Below are positions 48,740-60,900 of a stretch of DNA of 64,000 nt, piece by piece. Made by a program: the position numbers and the translations under genes. Within the stretch, counting starts at the first letter, position 1; the number at the start of each line of letters is the position of its first letter. This DNA comes from Bugula neritina. Its lineage: Eukaryota > Animalia > Bryozoa. The DNA is taken from assembly GCA_964035545.1 (NCBI GenBank), contig OZ037769.1, positions 12,988,633-13,052,632 of the forward strand, given 5' to 3'. Below the pieces are notes generated by a model, which worked only from the letters and a program-made list of their open reading frames with translations, had not been told where the DNA came from and did no database searches.

Positions 48740-50520
48740 CACAATAGTGTATCAGTATAGCAATAGAATATTGGAGTGATTATACGTTAAAAACATAGCT
48801 AAATTGAGCTTGAGGCTAATGAATACAATTGAAAAGAAAGTACTCTGTCTCCCAAAGTTTCGAATTACTCTTACTCTTAGTGCTACTACTAGAATACTGG
48901 TACTACTACTGCTACTAGTACTACTACTAGTACTAGTAGTAGTAGTAGTTAGCAATAATTGTTTGTATAACTTACAAGTTTGGCTTATAAGTTAAACTTA
49001 ATGTTAATTTGTTATATTATAGTTATAATTAATATTATAATTATACTAATATTAATAGTAATACGTTACGGTTATCATTATGACTATACTGTATTAGTAT
49101 ACTGTCTCAGTGTCTGTATACAACTACAAGTACAAGCTCAATCACTAACTTTAAGTCAAACTCAAACTCAAAGTGACTATGATAGTGACTATGACATTGA
49201 CTATCAGTTTCCATTGGCAGTATTATTATTAATGCTAAAATCTAGGTAAAATAGTAAATATCTCATATAAATATTAAATATATACTTTTCATCCCAATTA
49301 AATATAATATGATGGCATTATGACTATAATAATGTAACTTTTGTTGATATGGTCAAGAAGAGAGGCAGGATAATTTTCATTTTGTAAAAATAATAAAAAG
49401 GAAACATTACAAATAAATGATAAAAATGGAATCGATTACAAGCACAAAAATTCTCAGTTTCAACATCCAATAAAAGCTGATATTTTGTGCTTTCAACCAA
49501 TCGTGCTAAATATCGGGTCTCTACAGTGTTTATGGACTGACCTTACAGCCTCGACATAAATTGTGCGATGGCTACAAATAGTCAAATAGGCTAACAAGTA
49601 AAAATAGAATGATTTTCAAGTTCATGTGACTAGAAACTGAGTAGAAAACAAGGCCAGGTTTCCTCTTAGCTCTTAATTTTATTTTGTGTAGTTCTATAAT
49701 CATCTTTGAGTAGGTTCAATAATGATATGCGCACTCAATCACTGCTATGCCTATGGCTATTGTATTTCAAATTTGTAATTACTTTCAGTTTCACGGTCAC
49801 CTTGCTTTTAGTTTTACTTTTACTTTTACTTTTAGTTTTACTTTTACTTTTAGTTTTACTTTGTTTTTTTACTTTTTAGTTTCCATTTTGATTTTAGGTT
49901 TTTATTTCAAAATATCAAATACTTATGATTATAATTAGGCTTATTACTTATACTTATAGTTATAGTTGTACTAATAGTAATAACCAATACTAATACTAAT
50001 AGTAATGCCGCTTCTAGCATGATCGTAATCTGGAGGTAACTGGAGGTAACTAATACTTATACTTAGTCTTACTCTTTGTCTTATAGACTTAGAGTTAGAG
50101 TTATACTTATAGTAAGTAATAGTTATACTGCTACACTTGAAGTAATACTAATACTGTAATAGTTAATGTTATTATTTTCTTATACTTTTACAATTACTTA
50201 TAGTAATAAGATTTTAATCCGTAATGACTGATGAGTAATGCTTATGTTAGTATTAGTATTACTCAGTAATACTAATAAATCATTTATTAGATGTATTTCA
50301 ACTTGTAGTACTTTAAGTTTAAGTCTATGAATATCAATTTGACTATCACTAACACCATGCTTCTAAGGATAATGGCTTAATGCTATACCTAAATTACTTA
50401 GTAACAAGTTATTCCTAGCCTGGTAGTCATAATCATACTGTTGAAGTTAATAGCATTTAAATTTTTACAATCGATTGTTAATGTTATTATTAGTAATTGT
50501 AGTTATACTAAGCCACAATC
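48740..50520. promoter_or_regulatory. Divergent MTHFS / Spinster upstream region: periodic tracts (~48740-49250 and ~49740-50520) flanking a non-periodic core (~49430-49620)
   Basis: Head-to-head genes. The central segment has CCAAT and several CpGs. Flanks consist of cta cta gta, caa act caa act, ttt act ttt act and ata ctt ata gtt runs. Promoter position is inferred. Confidence 0.5.
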
Positions 50521-51947
50521 AACATCACTGCTTCCCCCACATCAGGCTAGTTAGCCATTAATGTGCTTGCTACAAGATCTAAACTGTCACGTATACATTG
50601 GCAATTTTTTCTCCTTTACTTTTTCTTTTCAGCGAGATGTGTTTTTATTTTTGGGGTACGTTCATATACATATTTTCTCTGCTATATCTTTGGTTACAAT
50701 GTATTGCCTTACATTTGTTATACTAGTGATATTCATTAATTTTTTTATAAATGTAGTACTAACGGCAGTTTAAACATCATGGCTATGAGTAAGTGTAGCT
50801 CTTTAATTCAAACTGAAAATACAATTATAAGGAATGATTATTGACATTGTTAATATTATAATTTTTATATCATCGATAGTTGTTTTAAATTATAAATATA
50901 TAGTTATTGTCAAATAATAGCTCACTGTCATTAAATGCAGCGTTATGTGGCTACTCCTATCATAACTAATAACTGTTTAATGTTTATATGCAAAAACATT
51001 TTCTACAGTATATTATTTAAATTCTGGCTGTGTAGGATAAGCCATAATATTAGTTGATTTCAATCCCATTCACTATGACTATTACCATAGCCATGACTAT
51101 AAGTCTTCCTTAACCTTTGGGTATATATAAATTGAAATATAAATATGTTGTATATTTCTAATTTTGATATCCTGGCTGCACTAATTGTCTGCTGAACATT
51201 TTTGTGACTACATCTACTGCATATACTATATAAATTCAATTAGTTAGTTTTTATTACCTTGTTTGATACTTCAAATATTCTATTTTTGGCTTGCTTTTTG
51301 ATAATAGGTCTTACTATGCTCATAGTAGCCGTATCTCTGCTGTGTTTAATTATCAATTCACGATAAATATCACATTTCATATGCCTAAATATTAGCTGTA
51401 AAGTTTTTTCCTAAACTTGTGCAACCTAACTTTTACACAACTCCATTTTGTATTTCAATCTAAATTTTTACATCAGTACACACAACACTGTCATGCTACT
51501 AAAAAAATCGTCTGCGTTTATGGTGTTATTGCTGATGCTCTTGCTGTTATTATTCTCAGGAACAGTGATGAGTTGCATTTGCACATATATATTATTTTGG
51601 TCTATAACTTACATATGATTATTGAAACTCTTTGATCTAAAAGTCTGACTATGAATAAGTTTAGGCTAGTATTACATATCAAACTTTTATTATGCTATTC
51701 TGATATGTTATTGTAGTGATAAAGACATATAAAACAGCTTATCAAAGGAATTCGAATTGATAAAATAATAATTAAGTGATATAAAGTGATGTTTACTTCC
51801 TTGTGTACCACCAATTATATCTCTTTTTATAGGGCTGATTTCACAAGCCTGTATACTGTTGTATCCAATACTATTCACATTACCGTTCGATTTATTTCTA
51901 CTAGGTAGAGGAGTTGTATCCCCCTGTATTCTGAATCCCGCACAACC

Positions 51948-54900
51948 ATGCCGCATAACCATAAGAATGACACGGCAGGAAGTGAAACTTCTTCCCTCTC
52001 TGAAGCTGCTCCTAGTGAGATTGTCGACAGCGTGCCTGAGGCAGCAGTAGAGGACTCCGTGTCAATGCTAGGTCGATACGTGACTGTAGGAATCCTAACA
52101 CTAGTAAACCTTCTCAACTATATGGACAGACTCACAATAGCTGGTGAGTATCCTGAGATTAGCTCCTAATATCCACTCTTAACGATTTGAGAGCAGCCGT
52201 GGTCTAGGGGTTAGTAAGCATGAAGTTATGGGTTCGAACCCGCCAAGGGCCATTGGTGATGTTAGGAAGAGCATTCAGTCATATTTGTTCCTTTGTCACA
52301 TCTGAATAAATCCTTTGCCCGATTTAACAAAAACCTCTTCCATCAGGGGCTCTCACAGGGATCGTGACTATAAAATCATATGAGTTTTTATCTGCGCCCA
52401 ATTGCTCTGCTACACAACCTTTACTAGTATTTGCTCTACTGCAGTCTTTTAAACATTTTCTGAGGATTTTTATAAATAATTTGTAGCGCTGCTTAGGCTA
52501 TGTTTTTGTCACCTTTTTAAATTAATCAGTTTTAGTCGTTGGCAATGTGAGGTTGAAAATGTACTAAGTGCAGTCACTAAAAGACGTCATGGGTATTTGG
52601 ATTTTCACTTCATGTAATATAACTATCAACTTACAACCTATAACATAGTTTCTCATGTGGTATTCTGGTATTGGTTGTGTAAGAGGCAGGGTAATGTTTC
52701 GCTATATTATCAACTCTTGCAGGTGTGCTCGGGAAAGTGGAGACGTTCTATGACATCAAAGATGCCCAGGCTGGCTTGTTACAGGCTATATTCATTGTTG
52801 GTTATATGATATTCTCTCCTATATTTGGTTACTGTGGTGACCGGTACAGCAGGAAGTACTTGATGCTTGGCGGTATTGCATTCTGGTCCGTAGTGACTCT
52901 TGCTGGATCATTTGTACCTCGCGGGGTAAAGTATATGCATATTTAGTAGTTCTAGTAGAGAATGGGTAGTGTGTCTGTCCTTGTATCACCATACATATAG
53001 TTTAACTATGTTACTTCCAGTAACTATATCACTGTACATTGTTACAACTACAATACACTATGATATATTATATGTATCAAATGAGTTATGTTGCTATTTT
53101 GTAAATAACCGAATGTGCTTTGCTGAGTTTTTGTGATTTGGTGGGTAAAATATAGCCCACCCCACTATTGTTGGATTTTAAAATTGAAACGTTGCTTTTT
53201 TCTCAGCAAAATCAACATTTACTTTTTTGATGTCATTAAACTGATTGGGAGTTGTCTGATCACTGTTAGTAAATGTATTTCTAGCAACAGGTGCGAGAAT
53301 TCTCAATAATGGACGAAACGTAATTTAGTGTAAAGTGATGTTATATAATGTGTCTGACATCATTATAGCATATATGAACCAAGTATTTACTCTGTTATAA
53401 CCTACTGCAGGGCACGTGTGTTGTCATGTCATAACCTATACTGCAGGGTACATGTGTTGTCATGTCATAACCTACTGCAGGGCACATGCGTTGTCATGTC
53501 ATAACCTATACTGCAGGGTACATGTGTTGTCATGTCATAACCTACTGCAGGGCACATGTGTTGTCATGTCATAACCTACTGCAGGGCACATGTGTTGTCA
53601 TGTCATAACCTACTGCAGGGCACATGTGTTGTCATGTCATAACCTACTGCAGGGCACATGTATTGTCATGTCATAACCCACTGCAGGGCATATGTGTTGT
53701 CATGTCATAACCTACTGCAGGGCACATGTGTGATCATGTCATAACCTACTGCAGGGCACATGTGTTTTCATGTCATAACCTACTGTAGGGCACATGTTTG
53801 GTCATGTCATAACCTACTGCAGGGCACATGTGTTGTCATGTCATAACCTATACTGCAGGGTACATGTGTGGTCATGTCATAACCTACTGCAGGGCACATG
53901 TGTTGTCATGTCATAACCTACTGTAGGGCACATGTGTTGTCATGTCATAACCTACTGCAGAGCACATGTGTGATCATGTCATAAAATACTGCAGGGCACA
54001 TGTATGATCATGTCATAACCTACTGCAGGGCACATGTGTTGTCATGTCTTAACCCACTGCAGGGCACATGTCTGGTCATGCCATAACCCACTGCAGGGCA
54101 CATGTGTGGTCATGTTGTTTGTTGTTATTGTTCAGCCTCAACTTTTGACTTTGACTGACTGATACTTGGATATGTTCAGAGTCTAATTTAGTAAATAATT
54201 ATATCTTATCTTATAGTTTATCTTCACCCTAATAATTATTGAACATTCAGTAATATACAGTGTGCTAATACATTGTAGTATGTAGTATACAGTGTGCTAG
54301 TACATTGTAGTATGTAGTATACAGTGTGCTAGTACATTGTAGTATGTAGTATACAGTGTGCTAGTACATTGTAGTATGTAGTGTACAGTGTGCTAGTACA
54401 TTGTAGTATGTAGTATACAGTGTGCTAGTACATTGTAGTATGTAGTGTACAGTGTGCTAGTACATTGTAGTATGTAGTATATAGTGTGCTAATACATTGT
54501 AGTATGTAGTATACATTGTGCTAGTACATTATAGTATGTACTATACAGTGTGGTAATACATTGTAGTATGTAGTATACAGTGTGCTAGTACATTGTAGTA
54601 TGTATTATACAGTGTGCTAGTACATTGTAGCATGTAGTGTACAGTGTGCTAGTACATTGTAGTATGTAGTATATAGTGTGCTAATACATTGTAGTATGTA
54701 GTATACAGTGTGCTAGTACATTGTAGTATGTATTATACAGTGTGCTAGTACATTGTAGCATGTAGTATACAGTGTGCTAGTACATTGTAGTATGTAGTAT
54801 ACAGTGTGCTAGTACATTGTAGTATGTAGTATACATTGTGCTAGTACATTGTAGTATGTAGTATACAGTGTGCTAATACATTGGTATCTACATCATACTA

Positions 54901-57900
54901 AAAGATTAGAGCATAACAACTACAAAATACATCAGGATATATGTGCTCCAATCATCCCTATATATTATAAAGAATATCCCATAAGCTATAAACTAGCAAC
55001 CTGCAGTGTGTCTAACATTCACATTACTGCAATATCATCACATGGATTAATTGTATAAAATATATGTTTAAACTTTTTACTGCCATGTCAGAAAGGTACT
55101 GTTTACTATTAGGTTTGTGTCATGTAGTTTAGCAGTTCTTGTGTCTTCTTGTAGTATTTCTGGGTTCTGGTATTACTAAGAGCTCTGGTGGGTATAGGTG
55201 AAGCCAGCTATTCTACTATTGCCCCTACTCTCATCTCTGATATGTTTGTACAGTCTCAGAGGTCGTATATGTTAATGGTGTTCTACTTTGCTATTCCCGT
55301 AGGAGGGTGAGTGTATTATATCACTGTGTATTATATATTATATTGTGTTACGTTACATGGTAATATATTATTATATCATATATTATGTTTTATCACGCTT
55401 AAATAATCCTATATTTTACATTTAAGAGGTGTAGTAAAGATATTGAGATAGCCTAAGTTCTTTAATTTTATTATTAAATGTTGGTTTGGGGCGCGGGTTG
55501 AAATTTTCATGAGAACATGATATCTTGTGTTACTTTTCTAATCTAGAACACAGGCTTTTCTCAATTTCTCCATTATACTGCACCTATGTCATATTTTATT
55601 AGGTTTTACTGTATTACACTGTATTTTATTGCTTCTGATCGTTTTCTTGTGTAATCTCAGTATAATATAAGATGACTTTACACTGCAACAGTAAGCCTAG
55701 GGCCACACGGCGCGTATTTTCGCATGCGAAAATTGAAATCACAAGTAGCAAAGGTGTCCACTGTAGCGTCAGTGATGCATGATAAATAAAGCTTTCATTT
55801 TTAAATCGCACTCGCTTTCAATAAAACGCAATTTACTGGAATGTAGCACTAAAATAAAGAAATTGGGCTCGCTTAATAACTACCAGCCAATTAGGTGACG
55901 ACGACAGAGATGATTCGCACTTGCGTTGAAAATGCAGAGCGACAAGTGCGAATGTTTTCTCAACGCGCACAGTGGACACCTTTGCTACTTGTGATTTTAA
56001 TTTTCGCATGCGAAAATACGCGCCGTGTGGCCCTAGGCTTAGCAAGGCCTTTTATATCAAGTTCTGTTGGTGGAGTATTGCATTGTCATATGCTATTGTA
56101 TGGTATTTCTGTATTACATTTGATATCTAAAGCTGTTGTATACTTTTACTGTTATACTAAATACTAGTTTACTTGTAGAGGTCTTGGTTACATTGTGGGG
56201 TCAGAGGTTGCTGCGGCAACTGGGCATTGGTATTGGGCTCTAAGGGTAAGATTTCTGTCTGTTAGTCCGCATTATTCTTGCATATATAATAATATATATT
56301 TTATACTAATGTAAACAATATTATATTATGATAGTTTACAATAAATAATAATGTATATAATACTATACAAAATAAAATAATATAATAATATATAATGTTG
56401 TTTTGAAGATGCTATACTCACAGTGAATAAAACAACTGAATAAATCAGTTATATTAGTTACTCATTTTCCCGCAATTTGTCAACTTTAACTTTTTGTGTA
56501 GATAATGGAACTTACAACATGTACATTGTTTATGATTTCTCTATTATGTCATATTTTATCTGCAGGAACGAATGTTTCTTATCACATTTCATTAATCAAA
56601 CATATCAAGTTCTATACCATATCACACGATACTATGTTATAATATACCATATTCAATTATACTGTATTATACTATATTGTATTATACTCTACTATAATAT
56701 ATTATACTATATTATATTATAGTATAATGGTGGAGCTAGATGATCTAAAAAATGCGTTTTTGAGCAAAAGTTTTGAAGAACTATTAGTATAATATAATAT
56801 ACTCTACTATAACATATTGTACTCTACTATAACATATTCTAATATACTTTACTATATTGTATTATACTCTACTATAACATAATATACTATACTATAAAAT
56901 ATTATACATACCTGTACGCTGCTGTAGGTTATACTATAACATATTATACATACCTGTACGCTGCTGCAGGTTACACCTGGTCTGGGGCTGCTCTGCTGTC
57001 TACTCATCTTCTTCGTAGCCAAAGATCCTCCCCGGGGAATGGCTGAGCACGCTGTGAACACACGCAATACGCCCCTACTGAAGGATATTAAAGCCCTGCT
57101 TACAATGTAAGGGTACTAAATGTTGTGTTATACTATATACTCTAGTGTACTGTGATATAGTGTGGTGTATTCTATGCTGTAGTGTAGTATATTTTCCTGT
57201 AAAGTATTATGTACTGCAGTGTTCATTTTTGTTATGTGTAGTATACTGTGGTTTAGAGTGTTGTACTGTAGCATACTATACTATAGCGTAGTGCTATGGT
57301 GTGCTCTAGTGTAGTATATTATTCACTGCTGGGCTGCTGTCATCTACCAATTTTCTAATATTTCAACTTCAGATCATAAAAACCCAGCGTATAATATTGT
57401 GATATTCAGTAACAATATAGTAGAAGAGAACGCTTGTTGATATCACTGAGAGTGTTAGTTACTGAGAGTGTCAGTCACTGAGAGTGTTAGTCACGGAGAG
57501 TGTCAGTCACGGAGAGTGTTAGTCACGGAGAGTGTTGATTACTGAGAGTGTTAGTTACTGAGAGTGTTAGTCACTGTGAGTGTTAGTCACTGAGAGTGTT
57601 TGCTTCAAAAAGTACATTACACTAGAATTTCTAAATGACTTCTTAATTTTACAACATGTCATTTTGCTACCTAAATAGCACCAAACAGTTACTGTTGATT
57701 AATAAGATAACATTATAGATTATTTGTTGTGTTATTTTGTTCCTAGCTGTAAATTCTCTTGTAGAAAATCCTTTATGCTGGACACGTTCGGGTTCGTCTG
57801 CGTGGCCTTCGTGACCGGAGCTCTTGCGTTGTTTGGACCCAAGTTTGTTTATCAGGCCTACCTTCGTCAGCCCGGCAATAAGATGGATTCTGCTACGTGA

Positions 57901-60900
57901 GTTCTGTGTAGCTGTGGGTCTACCCGCAGTTTACCATCAGTTTACCACAACCCTCTAGACACACTTTGCCGTAACGTCAACGGTACCGTTAAATGTCAGC
58001 CATTTTTAAAAATATCCGAGCTTCCTGTACGACGTTACGGTACTTCAGGATCAAACACTGCTTGATTAGAAAAATTGCTTTGGGCTCCTATTGGACAGGA
58101 AGATGTTCGTGTGAACTCATAGAATATAAATGTCCAATGAGGTGTCATAAATCTTACCCAATAGCGGACTTTGAGAACTTCAGCCCGAACACATTAAAAA
58201 TGGCCGACATTTTACGTTACGGCCTATGTTGTAGCAAAGTGTGTGCTATGTATTTACTCTATTGTACTATTGTTCTATTGTATGTACTTGGTTTGTACTT
58301 CTATACAATTACTATGTACTTCTCTATGCTGACTATAATTCACTATATACTTACGCTATATATTTACTATATACTCACACTATGCACTTATTATATACTT
58401 ACACTATACACTTACTATATACTTACACTATACACCTACTATCTACTTAGTGCTCTATATTGCAGAGTGTCCTTCTACTTTGGTCTGCTGACATGCGGCT
58501 CAGGTTTCTTCGGTATACTGATTGGCTCCAACCTGGCGTACCTGGTGAAGAAGAGATTCCCCAGCGGAGACGCTCTCGTCTGTGCGTTTGGTCTCATTGG
58601 ATCCTCCGTGTTCCTCTACTTCACTATCCTGCTTCTGGAATATTCCATACCTGCTGCGTGGGTCAGTGCTTCTTATACACATTTCTCTGTTGGCTGGAAT
58701 TAGAAATAACCTGCTGAGCTAATTCTAAATTATAATTTTCCTAGGAGAACTGTGACAGACTCGAGTATATTTTTTAGAATATAGAATTGACCAGTTGTGT
58801 TTAATTTTATAATAGGAATAAAATAATTTTGCTGTCCTAAACGCAACGACTTTAAATGCCATAGACTAATAAATTTTAACAATAAGTCATAGTGGTTAAC
58901 TGATTATCAAGAGTAATTTTGATTATCATTTACCTCTTCTCTTGTTTCACATCTCTTCTATACTCTAAGGTCTACTACTAGATCTCATTATGTATCATTA
59001 TTCTGATTCATCTATTGTTTCAGGCGACAATGTTTCTCGGCATGACAATGGTGTGTCTCAATTGGTCTCTCACAGCTGACATAGTCCTAGTAAGTAGTAT
59101 ATAGTCCTAGTGAGTAGTATATAGTCCTAGTAAGTAGTATATAGTCCTAGTAAGTAGTATATAGTCCTAGTAAGTAGTATATAGTCCTAGTAAGTAGTAT
59201 ATAGTCTTAGTAAGTAGTATATAGTCCTAGTAAGTAGTATTTAGTCCTAGTAAGTAGTATATAGTCATAGTAAGTAATATATAGTCCTAGTAAGTAGTAT
59301 ATAGTCCTAGTAAGTAGTATATAGTCCTAGTGAGTAGTATATAGTCCTAGTAAGTAGTATTTAGTCCTAGTAAGTAGTGTATAGTCCTAGTGAGTAGTAT
59401 ATAGTCCTAGTGAGTAGTGTATAGTCCTAGTAAGTAGTGTATAGTCCTAGTAAGCAGTGTATAGTCCTAGTAAGTAGTATATAGTCCTAGTAAGTAGTGT
59501 ATAGTCTTAGTAAGTAGTATATAGTCCTAGTGAGTAGTGTATAGTCCTAGTAAGTAGTATATAGTCCTAGTAAGTAGTACATAGTCCTAGTAAGTAGTGT
59601 ATAGTCCTAGTGAGTAGTATATAGTCCTAGTAAGTAGTACATAGTCCTAGTAAGTAGTGTATAGTCCTAGTGAGTAGTACACAGTCCTAGTGAGTAGTAT
59701 ATAGTCCTGGTAAGTAGTATATAGTCCTAGTGAGTAGTATAGAGTCCTAGTAAGTAGTATATAGTCCTAGTAAGTAGTATATAGTCCTAGTAAGTAGTAT
59801 ATAGTCTTAGTAAGTAGTATATAGTCCTAGTAAGTAATATATAGTCCTAGTAAGTAGTATATAGTCCTAGTGAGTAGTATATAGTCCTAGTAAGTAGTAT
59901 TTAGTCCTAGTAAGTAGTGTATAGTCCTAGTAAGTAATATATAGTCCTAGTAAGTAGTATATAGTCCTAGTAAGTAGTATATAGTCTTAGTAAGTAGTAG
60001 ATAGTCCTAGTAAGTAATATATAGTCCTAGTAAGTAGTGTATAGTTCTAGTAAGTAGTGTACAGTCCTAGTAAGTAGTATATAGTCCTAGTAAGTAGTAT
60101 ATAGTCCTAGTGAGTAGTGTATAGTCCTAGTAAGTAGTGTATAGTCCTAGTAAGTAGTGTATAGTCCTAGTAAGTAGTATATAGTCCTAGTAAGTAGTAT
60201 ATAGTCTTAGTAAGTAGTATATAGTCCTAGTAAGTAATATATAGTCCTAGTAAGTAGTATATAGTCCTAGTAAGTAGTATATAGTCCTAGTAAGTAGTGT
60301 ATAGTCCTAGTGAGTAGTATATAGTCCTAGTAAGTAGTATATAGTCCTAGTAAGTAGTATATAGTCCTAGTAAGTAATATATAGTCCTAGTAAGTAGTAT
60401 ATAGTCCTAGTAAGTAGTGTATAGTCCTAGTAAATAGTATATAGTCCTAGTGAGTAGTATATAGTCCTAGTAAGTAATATATAGTCCTAGTAAGTAATAT
60501 ATAGTCCTAGTAAGTAGTATATAGTCCTAGTAAGTAGTATATAGTCCTAGTAAGTAGTGTATAGTCCTAGTAAGTAGTATATAGTCCTAGTAAGTAGTAC
60601 ATAGTCCTAGTAAGTAGTATATAGTCCTAGTGTGTAGTATATAGTCCTAGTAAGTAGTATATAGTCATAGTAAGTAGTATATAGTCCTAGTGAGCAGTAT
60701 ATAGTCCTAGTACGCAGTATACATACTATATTGTTTCTAGTACACAGTTATACCTACAAGAAGGTCCACAGCCGAAGCCATGCAGATTTTCATCGGCCAC
60801 CTGCTGGGAGATGCCGGAAGTCCGTACCTTCTGGGACTAGTAAGTCTAGCTCTCTATTATATTCACTGTCTTGCAGTTTTATCTCTCTTTAGTCATATCT

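Noticed and set aside
53397-54883. The 34-bp and 32-bp minisatellites as further splice-junction arrays
   Set aside because: They contain ctgcag|g and ttgtag|tat but do not abut an exon; the real acceptor is at 55154. Not counted.
57993-58703. 236-aa ORF as an independent gene
   Set aside because: Only 58466-58661 is a Spinster exon; the rest runs through a MITE and a degenerate ~24-bp repeat.
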